From: Octopus vulgaris
Lineage: Eukaryota
Length of the DNA: 64,000 nucleotides
Assembly (NCBI GenBank): GCA_951406725.2
Contig: OX597831.1
Coordinates: 43,028,001 to 43,092,000 of the forward strand
Reading direction: 5' to 3'
The notes beneath the pieces were generated by a model. It searched no databases, was not told the origin of the DNA, and worked only from the letters and a program-made list of their open reading frames with translations. Made by a program: the position numbers and the translations under genes. Below, piece after piece: positions 1 to 11,438 of this stretch. The first letter of the stretch is position 1, and each line of letters starts with the position of its first letter.

Positions 1-686
1 TGGCAAAGTTTCTACAGCTGGATGCCCTTCCTAACACCAATCACTCCAAGAGGGTAGTGGGTGCTTTTACATGCCTCTGGCATGACGGCCAGCCAGGCGG
101 TACTGGCATCAGCCACGCTCAGATGGTGCTTTTTACATGCCATCTGCACAGAAGCCAGTCCAGCGGCACTGGCAACAACCATGCTCGAATGGTATTTTTT
201 TATGTGCCATCGGCATGGGAGCCAGTCAGCAGCCCTGGTAACGATCACACTCAAATGGTGCTTTTAACATTCCACTGACACAGGTGCCAATTAGGTGGTA
301 CCATCATTGGCCACAACAGTGATTTCACTTGCCTCAACAGATCCTTGCAAGCATAGTTTATTGTCCATTGATTGAAGGGTACTCTTAAAGGGGCTGGTTA
401 TACAGCACTGGCATAGGCCATGATTACGGTCTCACTTGGCTTCCTGGGTCTTCTCAAGCACAGATTATCTCCAAAGGTCTTGCTCACTTATCATTGCCTC
501 AGTGAGGCCCAATGTTTGAATGTCGTGCTTCACCACCTCATTCCAGGTCTTCCTGAGTCTACCTCTTCCACAGGTTCCCTCAACTGCTACGGTGTGACAC
601 TTTTTCACACAGCTGTCTTCATCCATTCATAGCACATGACCATGCCAGCACAGTTGTCTCTCTTGCACACCACATCTGATGCTTCT
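1..686 (-). mobile_element. RTE-clade LINE 3' fragment (degenerate ORF C-terminus plus repetitive 3' UTR)
   Basis: The minus strand of ~431-686 reads RSIRCGVQERQLCWHGHVL*MDEDSCVKKCH...GTCGRGRLRKTWNEVVKHDIQTLGLTEAM...LWR*SVLEKT, matching the RTE C-terminal signature (LRWxGHVxRM...GRPRKTW). It is followed by the same UTR seen at 8650-9200. Confidence 0.85.
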
Positions 687-714
687 TATATATATATATA
701 TCAAAAATGGGGAA

Positions 715-802
715 GGCCGGTTTATGGGATCACCTTAGGTTTCCCGTCCATAAAAGGTTTAGCCTTATGGTGTATCGTCAGATCCAAATAAACTTGTTGG
801 CC
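715..802 (-). ncRNA. Decayed type I hammerhead-ribozyme-like motif
   Basis: Minus strand: GTTTATTTGGAT-CTGACGA-(stem II CCATAA..TTATGG)-GAAACC TAA GGT-G-ATCCCATAAAC. Stems I, II and III all pair, but position 17 is G and the base of stem II is mismatched. Confidence 0.55.
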
Positions 803-1579
803 CATGACCTCTTCAAAATATTGTATGTGTGTGTGTGTGTGTGTGTGTGTATTTCTATGTAAAGATGCATGGCCAAGTGGATAGGGTGTTGAGCTCACAA
901 TTACTAGATCACAGGTTCAATTTCCAGACCTAGTGGAACATTATGTTCCTGAGCAAAGAACTTTATTTCATGTTGCTCCAGTCTAGACAACCGTAAGTGG
1001 GTAACCCTGTGACAGACTAGCCTACCAATCAGGAGAAGAAAACCAAAGGTATAATACATCAAGATGAATTAAACATTGAAATGCTTCGTTCCGTGCAGAA
1101 ACTACAAGAACTACTCAGAGGTACTGGAAGCTCCTCTTTTGAATCCATTGTAATATCAGACACCCTTATCATTTCATCAATGTCTCAATTGTTTGGGGTC
1201 TTAATTTTTTTGTCCTTTAGCTTGCAGCAGAAAATTGTTGTGAGCAAACATTTTAAACAGTCTTAACTATAGAAGGAAATTGAAGATATAGCATATTTAT
1301 AATATTATTCTGCTTTCATATGACATATATGGATATGCTTTCATCATTACCATCATCATCATCATTTAATATCCGTTGTCCATGCTGGCATGGGTTGGAT
1401 GGTTTGACTGGGATCTAGTCTGACTAACATATCTTAATATTTTTACCATATCCTTACTTTCATATCAGAGAAAAATGCATATGGTTGAACTTGAACCTGA
1501 AGTCCTAGTGAACAAAGCACAATAGCTACAACACTGAGCTATGGATTAAAAACTATATACATATAGGTTAAAAAGGTAA

Positions 1580-1910
1580 AGACACCCTTCAGTCCTGAAT
1601 GACCATGGAATTGCACCTAGAAAGATTCCCTCTGAGGCACAAGTCCGGGCAAGTTTGCTTATGGAAGACATGCAATCACCCATGCATACCAGTGTCCCGT
1701 CTCCATGCCACCAATGTTGCCAAAGGAAAGGCAAAGGATGATACAACTTGGTACCAGTAATGTTACAACTCAATTCTACAGTTGGGTGAACTGAAGCATT
1801 GAGAAATAAGTCTCTTTCTCAAGGACACAACACACAGCTTGGTTTGGTAATCAAACTCACCACCTCATGATTGTGAGCCCAATACTCTAACCACTGAGCC
1901 ATGCATCTCT
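1580..1910 (-). mobile_element. tRNA-derived SINE, family C (degenerate)
   Basis: Homologous to 20087-20422 and 44569-44860, with a tRNA-like A-box head (TGGCTCAGTGG) on the minus strand. Confidence 0.75.
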
Positions 1911-1936
1911 ATAATAATAATAATATATATATATAT

Positions 1937-2192
1937 TGGCAAAAATGGTAAATTAACAAAAGAAAGAAAGAGACCTCAATATTATGTAAATAGAGGAAAT
2001 TTATCTGTAAATTAATATGTGACAATTATTCGGTAGCCAAGATAAAACTCTGAGTTTCAGATGCCGAGGTGGAAATCCACACCACCATCTGGGATGGCCA
2101 GATAACCGAAGAGATGGTGGTGTGGATTTCCACCTCGGCATCTGAAACTCAGAGTTTTATCTTGGCTACCGAATAAGTGTCACATATTAATT

Positions 2193-2196
<4 letters not shown>
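1937..2196. mobile_element. Inverted-arm hammerhead-bearing element in (TA)n (putative non-autonomous Penelope-like), copy 1
   Basis: 85-bp arms at 2006-2090 and 2112-2196 with 1 mismatch and a 21-nt spacer. Homologous to 58075-58340 in the opposite orientation. (TA)n lies on both sides. Confidence 0.7.
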
Positions 2197-2228
<32 letters not shown>

Positions 2229-3078
2229 TTACTCGCTTAGCCAGCAGGGTGGCGTCATTCGAAGGCTAAAACAATGCGAACGCATTATGACCAGCGATGT
2301 GTAACAACATCTGATGGTCTGGTCGGTCACGTGATATATATATATATATATATGGTGGACTGTGTTGTTGACAACAGATGAGGGTTCTGAAATTTCTTGT
2401 TGAACAACCAGCTCAGATGGCTTGTTTATAGTGATCAAATGTTTGTACTGTACATTAGTTCACTGCCTCTGTCAAATCACTGTTGCTTCAACAGATGCAT
2501 GGTGTGCCAGCCACATGTTAGAAGTTGAAGTGATCACAGAGCAAGGTGAAAAGAAGTGTTTTGCTCAAAAAAAAAAATCATCGTCTCCAGTTTAGGGATT
2601 AAAACCAAGATCCTGCAACCAAGAATGCAACACCCCAAACCACACGCTCTCATGTAAGAATGTACAAATACACACACAAGAGAGTGCTGTAAAGTTCCTG
2701 GTTTTAAGGCTATCACAAAAGACCTGGTTAGAGGCCCAACCATAGAAGTTCTTTTAAAGGGCTTAGATATAGTGAAAGAACACTGCAATAAGTGTGTGAA
2801 TCTGAGACAGGGAATATGCTGAATTAAATCATAACTGACTGATCCTCCTGTATTTTCTTTTACCGAAAACTAAGAACTTTCCAGCACTCCCATATATATT
2901 CACACACACACACACACACACACAGGTTTTGGTGATACAAACAGGAAGACAGAACTCAGAACAGAAGTTATAGAGTGACTTAAGGGCCAAGTGTTTTGTG
3001 TATTGACAGTCATCAAACTGGCTTCAAATAATAGGGATAACATTTAAATAGACTGACTAAAATGATAAATAAAAATTT

Positions 3079-3196
3079 CTCTAGATTGTTCTGTAATAAA
3101 TAAATAAATAAATAAATAAAAACTCTTACAAAGTCATGTATTCACATGACCTTGTAAGAGTTTTTATTTATTTATTTATTACAGAACAATCTAGAG
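3079..3196. repeat. Near-perfect hairpin containing a (TAAA)n tract
   Basis: CTCTAGATTGTTCTG(TAAA)n..ACTCTTACAA.GTCATG and its reverse complement; the arms differ mainly in TAAA copy number. Confidence 0.85.
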
Positions 3197-3585
3197 TTTC
3201 AAATGGTCTGCCCATTTAACAGTTCAATAAATAGATTAATAAAAATAATAATACATAGATCATACTTTAAAATATTTATTTTACCAACCAAATGTTTTAT
3301 GGAAAAGATATATAGATTATGTCTTCGATGCCATTCCATAGTTTATCAGTCAATTGTCTTACAAATAATATAAATGTTGCGTATAACAGATTATGTCTTT
3401 GAGTTCGTTCCGTAATTATAGTTGCATAAACAAATGGCGACACAATAATATTTATAAGTTTCATCCCAGTGAATTAGTAAAATTAAAAATTCATTATTTT
3501 TCTCACCACAGATAGAGACCTACAAAATTCTTACACATTTACAATTTGTTCCTGGTTCTGTACTAAAAACATTCCACTCAAATAT

Positions 3586-3930
3586 GCTCTACATGGTCGC
3601 TCAGTCTGCTAGAAATAGCAGCCAAATCACACATGGTTTCCTAATACCTGCTCTAAATTGTCATTCAGTTTTCTAGAAATAACAGCCAAATCTCTCTCAA
3701 ATCACACATGATTCCCTGATACCTGCTCTAAATTGTCACTCAGTCTTCAAGAAATAGCAGCCAAATCTCTCTCAAATCACATGATTCCCTGATACCTGCT
3801 CTAAATTGTCACTCAGTCTTCAAGAAATAGCAGCCAAATCTCTCTCAAATCACACGATTCCTTGATACCAGCTCTACATGGTCACTCCGTTTGCTAGAAA
3901 TAGCAATCAAACTCTCCCAAATCACACACA
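3586..3930 (+). repeat. Minisatellite of ~5 x 64-75 bp derived from a dispersed repeat
   Basis: Units begin GCTCTA at 3586, 3650, 3725, 3798 and 3871. The core AGAAATAGCAGCCAAATCTCTCTCAAATCAC also occurs dispersed, e.g. near 23010 and 60885. Confidence 0.85.
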
Positions 3931-4236
3931 TCTAAAAAGAAACAACAAAAACAAAAAGTGGACACATCAAATAACGTAGTCATAGTTACAGACAGGATAG
4001 GCATGGCTGGGATGCTTTTGAACATACATCAACCACTACCACCACCACCAATCATATTGCTATTGCCGTCACTATAACTGCTATGGCTGCTGTGTATTGC
4101 ATGCGTATATCTACGTATGCATGCATACACACAAATACATACACAAACGTAATCACCTCCATCATATCATACTCTACCTGCATTATCACCACCACCTCCA
4201 CCGCCACCACTAATCAACTGAAGAAAATTTACTCAC

Positions 4237-4270
4237 CCAACACAATTTCCTGGAGTGTATATAATTGACG
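4237..4270 (-). CDS. Candidate 34-bp microexon of an unidentified minus-strand gene
   Basis: Minus strand: ..ctCTAATcatctacctgtctctacAG|CGTCAATTATATACACTCCAGGAAATTGTGTTGG|GTGAGTaaat. It has a branch-point-like CTAAT, a pyrimidine tract, a consensus donor, and no stop in any frame. Coding status is unproven. Confidence 0.45.
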
Positions 4271-4469
4271 CTGTAGAGACAGGTAGATGATTAGAGATTA
4301 AGCTACAGTGATGCAATATCATTAATACTTGTTGTTGTTGTTGTCATTGCTGTTGTTGCAGTGGTGTTTTAATTATAGTTGCAGTTGCACAAGTCGTTGC
4401 ATAAGCATTTCTCAGGCTAGTTGCTATACAGCAACCACTGTCCTCTTTTGAACGCAGGTGCACACACAC

Positions 4470-4927
4470 AGGTATATATATATATATATATATACAAACA
4501 CACACACACACACACACATACATACATACATATGTTAACATACACATACAAACAGACAAATGCACATACATACTCACATACATATGTATATATATACACA
4601 TATGTATTCACATGTGCACATGCACATACACACATATATATATATATGCACACATACATATGAAGATTCGTATACATATGTATGCATATGTAAACATGTT
4701 TACACATGTATACATATATGTTTGCATTCATATACATATGTATGCATATACATAGGCATACGTGTATATTAATAGATATACATTCATCCACACACACACT
4801 TACTTACATATGTATATACATTTATATGCATACATATGCAAACATTAGTGTACATAGAAATGTATGCAAATATAGGTATGCACATAAAACATGGATATAC
4901 ATACACCAGTGTAAAATATATATATAT
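4470..4927. repeat. Compound (TA)/(CA) microsatellite region
   Basis: Degenerate alternating purine-pyrimidine tract. Confidence 0.9.
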
Positions 4928-4928
4928 G

Positions 4929-5328
4929 ATAGATCGCTAGCCACTACATATTCTTTATATTGTCTCCTTGTTTCTTTCTGTGTTCCTTTCTGAGGAAAAG
5001 CGTAGGCTTGAAATGGTAAAGACTTTTTCACTTCCCGAGCGTTATACTAATACATCTGTTTGTTGTCTACACACCACCTGTCTTCGTCTTTTGCTTTTTT
5101 TTTGCGAATTCTCCCCCAATATATTTATATATATATATGATGGACCGTTAGCTCCTACACGCATTTTTTTTTTCTCCTTGTTTCTTTTCTGTGTATCTTT
5201 CTGTCGAAGAGCGTAGGGTCGAAACGTAAAAGACTTGTTCTATTTCTATTCCTGAGCGCCATACTAATACATTTGCTTGTTTGTACTCCACCTGCCTTCG
5301 TCTTTTGTTTATTTTCGTAAACTTTCCC

Positions 5329-5329
<1 letters not shown>
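4929..5329 (+). mobile_element. Two tandem ~190-bp hammerhead-bearing elements (family H1) separated by (TA)n
   Basis: Cores CTGAGGA-AAAGC GTAG GCTT-GAAA (4990-5013) and CTGTCGA-AGAGC GTAG GGTC-GAAACGTA-AAAGA (5201-5233). The bodies are homologous to each other and to 30544-30708 and 51245-51460. Confidence 0.65.
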
Positions 5330-5369
<40 letters not shown>

Positions 5370-5374
<5 letters not shown>

Positions 5375-5554
5375 TTTATAGAAGGAGCTTCTACAAGACT
5401 AGAACTGTTTCATTCAAAAGATGCTTCCTGATGATTTCTTTTGAATGAAACAGTTCTAGTCCTGTAGAAGCTCCTTCTATAAAATAAATTAATTTACTCT
5501 GCTATGTATTGAGTACCTTATTTACTGTGGTTAACCCCGACTCAACCCGGGACC

Positions 5555-5558
<4 letters not shown>
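5370..5558 (+). mobile_element. Inverted-arm element with CTGATGA..GAAA motif, in (TA)n
   Basis: 52-bp arms at 5370-5421 and 5437-5488 with 1 mismatch. CTGATGA at 5428-5434 lies in the spacer and GAAAC starts at 5447. A unique 3' extension runs to the (TA)n. Confidence 0.6.
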
Positions 5559-5606
<48 letters not shown>

Positions 5607-6514
5607 CACACTCATATTTTACTGGAAACTAAATCTTCACAAATTGTAACTGAGTATCTTGTTGCTGGTACCCATAATATATACCACCCTTCTGTCTTAA
5701 AAAAAAAAACAGGAATGGGTGATCAGATTAGATGAGGTGGTCCTAGATATTTAAAATGTGATGGTCACAACTGGAACGTCTCTGATCATATGCATGTTTG
5801 ATCAGCTAGATTGTGGCTAACAGCAACAACCACCTGCAGGAAATAGCAATCAAATTTTCCTCAAATATCACCCATTGTCATAGAAAAGGAGGAACAGTTT
5901 GGCTAATATGGTCCTGGAATCACTATGTCTGAAGAAAAAAGAAAAATGAGAGGTTGGTCATGGTTGAAGTGTCTAATTACGGGTCCACTTGATCAAACCT
6001 GATCTGAAGTGAACAACAAAAATAGTTTCACATTTTGGTGCAAGGCCGGCAATTTTAAGGGGTGAAGATTAGTTGATTCCATTGGTCTTAGTACTTGAAT
6101 GGTATCATTATTTTACTGACCTTGAAAGAAGGAAAGCCAAACTTGAACTTGGCAGGAATGTAATGTATCAGAAGCAATACTACCAAGCATTTTGTCTCAC
6201 ATGCTGGCAATTCTGCCACTGCAAGTCAAGAATGCACAGAACAGAAGCACAAAACCAGGGGAAGAAACCATAATTTCAAATAAATGATTACCATGAATCT
6301 TTTAAATTCTACCGGTTTTCATCCTTAGACTATGGCAATTCTGAGGTGCTGCCTCGAAGGGTTTTAGTCAAAAGCGTCAAACCTAGTACTTATATTTTTT
6401 GAAGCCTGGTTCTTATTCCATCAGTCTCTTTTGCTGAATCAATAAGTTATGGGGATGTAAACAAACCAACACCGGTTGTCAAGTGGTGGTGGGGGACACA
6501 GACACATGCACACA

Positions 6515-6722
6515 TACTCTTTTACTTGTTTCAGTCATTTGACTGTGGCCATGCTGAAGCACTGCCTTTAGTCTAGCAAATCGACTCCAGAACTTATTCT
6601 TTGTAAGCCTAGTACTTATTCTATCGATCACTTTTGCCGAACCACTAAGTTACGGGGATGGAAACACACCAGCATAGGTTGTCAAGTGATGTTGGGGGGG
6701 ACAAATACAGACACAAACATAT

Positions 6723-6771
<49 letters not shown>

Positions 6772-6939
6772 TATACGATGAGCTTCTTTCAGTTTCCGTC
6801 TACCAAATCCACTCACAAGGCTTTGGTCGGCCCAAGACTATAGTAGAAGACACTTGCCCAAGGTGCCATGCAGTGGGACTGAACCCGAAACCATGTGGTT
6901 CGTAAGCAAGCTACTTACCACACAGCCACTCCTACGCCT
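6515..6939 (-). mobile_element. tRNA-derived SINE, family A (CORE-like domain, internal TA/CA tract)
   Basis: Minus-strand head GGAGTGGCTGTGTGGTAAG..GGGTTCAGTCCC (A/B boxes), CCTTGGGCAAGT CORE-like motif and (GTAAAAGA)n tail. More than 20 full or partial copies are in the window. Confidence 0.9.
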
Positions 6940-7850
6940 CCTACATTTATACACTTGATGGGCTTCTTTCAGTTTCCATCTACCAAATCCACTCAAAAGG
7001 CTTTGGTTGGACTGAGGTTATAGTAGAAGACACCCAAGGTGCCATGCAGTAGAATTGAACCCAGAACCCTGTAAACTTATTTCAACATAGCCACACCTGC
7101 ACCTATCCACATCGAGTTTCTTTTATTTTTTAAAAAATATTTTTCTCCACTCCATTCTCATTTCTAAATTCAAACTCATATGCTGGTGTATTGTATTGCA
7201 TAAAAGTAATTTCTGCAAATGGCAACTGCAAAAATAACAGCAACAACTGTATAAATTAAATGAATTAATAAATCGTAGATTCTCTCACAGATTCAAGTCT
7301 CTTTATGCAGAAATGTTAAAGCCCTAAAATGTCAATCAAAACAGTTGGTTTCTTCGCAATTCCCAAGCTGTTCTTGATTATTCATTCTCATGGCTCTTGG
7401 AAAAATGGAATGTTGTAATCATATATTTATTTATCTATTTATTTAAATCCCAATGTATGGGGGTGTTTAAAATGTGAATAAATATCAATCTAGGCTTTTG
7501 ACTGTTTGCTAACACCAAATCTTTTGCTACACAACAAGACTATGTTATGAAACCAACCCCATTAGTTTGTTGGAGGTATCTTGACATGTGTTAGCTGTCA
7601 GAGCTCTGTTTTAACAAGAAGCAAAACCAACCCAAAACTACAAATTAAGATCAACATAGTTTATGAACCCTACTCTGCAGTATAGTGGACACTTGATTTT
7701 AAAGACACAACCCAATTTTGACTTGAAAAGTCTAAAATTTAAACAAAAAAAAAATCAAGGTCTTAACATTTTCACATAATTAACTTGCTTAATACAAACC
7801 CACTGGACCACTTCCACTTCTGGTTCTATCATACAAATTTTCTGTTTTAA

Positions 7851-8279
7851 CTCTTTAGCAATTAAATCAGTCATATCTGGCCCAAATATTCTACTTGTTT
7901 TAAATTCAAACTGACCAGAACTGGCCTCTCAAACCTAACATACAATGTCATTGTTTAAATATAAAATTACATCATTGAAATCTTGAAGCTATACAATAAT
8001 GATAGATTCAATAAATAAGCATTACATTTGATAGAGTAATCTCTATGCTAAAGAGTCAAACCTTTAACATTTAAACGGGTCACATCCAGCCTGAATATTC
8101 TACCTATTTTATGTTTAAACTGACCAGATCTAGCCTTTCACACCTACCCTACAATGACATTCTGAAATTAAACAATCGCATCATTGAAATCTTGAAGCTA
8201 CAGGATAATGCATGATTAAGTCAAAACAATGTGAATGAATAAGGATTACATTTGTCAGAGCAATCTAAATGCTAAAAGG
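7851..8279. mobile_element. Two tandem degenerate piggyBac-like MITEs
   Basis: Ends resemble TTAA|CCCTTTAGCATT...AATGCTAAAGGG|TTAA; internal homology to 15158-15404, 28977-29183 and 44392-44920. Confidence 0.7.
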
Positions 8280-8540
8280 TTGAAGTGATCTAAGTTAAAC
8301 CCTACCATCAAAATTCCCTGTTAATTTATGTTCCAAGTAGCAGATTAATTATGGTAAAGTTATTTTGCTAAATTCTCTTTCTATTATTTTCTAAATGAAA
8401 TGAAACCAAGGCAGTGCATTTCAATAGAAGAACGGCAACAAAAGGGTTAACCAAAATGTTTTATTAGTATATCAATAGCATATATTTCCTGTTGCTTGTA
8501 TATTTTCCTTTTACAATACAGAGACATAATAACTTTAACA

Positions 8541-9200
8541 TATGAGGTGGTGAGGCATGACCTTCAAATGTTGGGCCTCACCGAGGCAATGACTAGTGAC
8601 TGAGGCTTTGGAAATATGCTGTGCGTGAGAAGACCCGGCAAGCCAAGTGAGACCATAACCTCGTGTCCTATGCCAGGGGTGTAACCAGCCCACTTATGCG
8701 TACCTTTCCTTCATTGGACACTAAACTCTGCTTGCGAAGACCTGTTGAGGCAAGTGAAATCGAAATCAAATTCGATGACTGGCATCCGTGCTACTGGAGC
8801 GCTAAGGGCAGCTAACTGGCTTCCGTGCCGGTGGCACGCAAAAAGCACCTTCGAGCGTGATCGTTACCAGCGTCGCCTTACTGGTACTTGTGCCAGTGGC
8901 ACGTGAAAAAACATTTGAGCAAGGTCGTTGCCAGTGTTGCTGGACTGGCTCCTGTGCAGGTGGCACGTAAAAAACACCATTTGAGCGTGGTCATTGCCAG
9001 TACCGCCTGACTGGCCCTCGTACTGGTGGCACGTAAAAGCACCCACTACACTCTCGGAGTGGTTGGTATTAGGAAGGGTATCCAGCTGTAGAAACTCTGC
9101 CAGATCAGATTGGAGCCTGGTGCAGCCATCTGGTTTACCAGTCCTCAGTTAAATCGTCCAACCCATGCTAGCATGGAAAGCAGACGTTAAACAATGATGA
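8541..9200 (+). mobile_element. RTE-clade LINE 3' end (5'-truncated)
   Basis: EVVRHDLQMLGLTEAMTSD*..AVREKTRQAK* followed by a UTR with internal GTGGCACGTAAAA repeats and a (GAT)n tail. Confidence 0.85.
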
Positions 9201-9555
9201 ACCCTTCTTTTGAAGTAAAATTTGATTATGAAAAATATATCCTTTGTATACTTGGCAGTATGGAAAATTCTAGATACTTATTTTGATAGGGAAAAAAATA
9301 GACTCATTGATGTTGAGAAAATTAGTAGTCTTTGGAATGACATGCAAACTGAACCAGGATCAAACAAAGTGAAACAAAACAAAAACCAACAGGTAGACAG
9401 AAAGTGGCCATTATGGGACTGAATGGAACCCAGAACCATAGGGTTGCAAAGCAAGCTTCTTAACTACAGAACTAAGCTTGCATCATGGTTAATTAATTAA
9501 TTGAAAGTCTAGATAAAAACATAGAAAGTGAAAGAAATGTTTAAAACACATTCAT

Positions 9556-9591
<36 letters not shown>

Positions 9592-9818
9592 ACACACACC
9601 GGAAGATGCAAATTAGAAATAAATTGAACACTTTGACTCATTGACAAACAGTCAGGATTGTTTTAGAGAATGGCCAAGGAGAAGAAACCATACACACACA
9701 CACAAGGAAAATACAAAAAAAAACTCAACTTTCTAGAATTAATTCAGCCAAGCTGACTAATTAGCAGCAGGGTGGGAGAGAGGTGAAAATGATGTAATTA
9801 ACACACACCCGTGTGTGG

Positions 9819-10204
9819 ATATATATATATATCTATATATATATACATATATACACACACACACACACATTACATACACACACAAACACACACATATATA
9901 TAGCACACATACATACACATATATGCACACATACATATATATATATACACATACATATATACACACATACATACATATATATACACATACATACACACAT
10001 ACATATACACACACACACACACATATATATATACACATACATACACACATATATATATATACATATACATACACACATATATATATATATACATATACAT
10101 ACACACATATATATATATACATATACACATATATATATATACATATACATACACACATATATATATATACATATACACATATATATATATACATATACAT
10201 ACAC

Positions 10205-10251
<47 letters not shown>

Positions 10252-10680
10252 GGTGCACACATACATATATATATATACACACACATGCACACACATATAT
10301 ATATATATACATACATACACACATATATATACATATACATACACACATACATACACACATATATATACATATACATACACACATACATACACACATATAT
10401 ATATACACACAGGTACACACACACATATATATATACACACAGGTACACACACACATACATATATATATATACACACACATGCACACATACATACATACAT
10501 ATATACACACACACATGCACACATATATATATATACACATACATACACACATACATACACACATACATACACACATACATATATACACATACATACACAC
10601 ATATATATACACATACACACATACATACATATACACACACACACACATAAATACATGCACACACACACATATATATATAT
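9819..10680. repeat. ~860-bp compound (TA)/(CA) microsatellite
   Basis: Alternating purine-pyrimidine array; it generates the long H/I/T/Y and M/C/V/Y pseudo-ORFs. Confidence 0.95.
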
Positions 10681-11438
10681 AGTTTTCTAGCTCTAACTGC
10701 CACTCCTAAGCCACAGCTTTTTTCCTGTCATCATTTAAAGTACAACAGTCCTCTCAATGGAAATAACTTGGTCAGCATTGTTTTGTCTAGACTCAACAAA
10801 AGACAGACACACACACACACATTGTGGGAAGGTAGAATTAGCAGAGAACTTGAGAACACATATTGCAAAGAAAGCGCTTATATACTGTTGCTAACAGGCA
10901 TAATAGACCATGTCATTTAAATAATATAATATAATGAGATTATTGTATACAGTGCTCAGGTGCACCACAAGTCAAAAGTGTGTATAAAGCATATGTATGT
11001 GTGTATGTATGTGTATATATATGTATGTATGTGTGTATGTGTGTGTGTGTGTGTGTGTATATATATGTATGTGTGCATGTGTGTGTATATATATATATGC
11101 ATGTATGTGTGTGTATGTGTATGTATGTGTGTGTTTGTGTATGTATATATATTTATGTATGTAATGATATATTATTGTTATTGTTTATCTTTTATTTATA
11201 TTTTCAGTCATTTGAACTGTGGTCATGCTAGAGCACCATCTTGAAAGGTGTTTAGCCGAATGAATAATCAACTTTGGTACTTTTTTTTTTTTACTTCATG
11301 TTTGGTACTTATTCTGTTGACCATTTTTTTGCTGAAATGCAAGTTTAGAGGGATGTGACGAAACCAGTACTGGTTATCAAGCAGTTGAGGAACAAACACA
11401 GAGACACGCATGCACACACACATATATATATTAGAGAA

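Noticed and set aside
3586-3930. Regular repeats superficially like a CRISPR array
   Set aside because: The whole unit repeats with no unique spacers, there are no cas genes, and the context is eukaryotic.
9757-10703. Long ORFs of 277-303 aa on both strands
   Set aside because: Translation of a TA/CA microsatellite that happens to lack stops; not protein-like.
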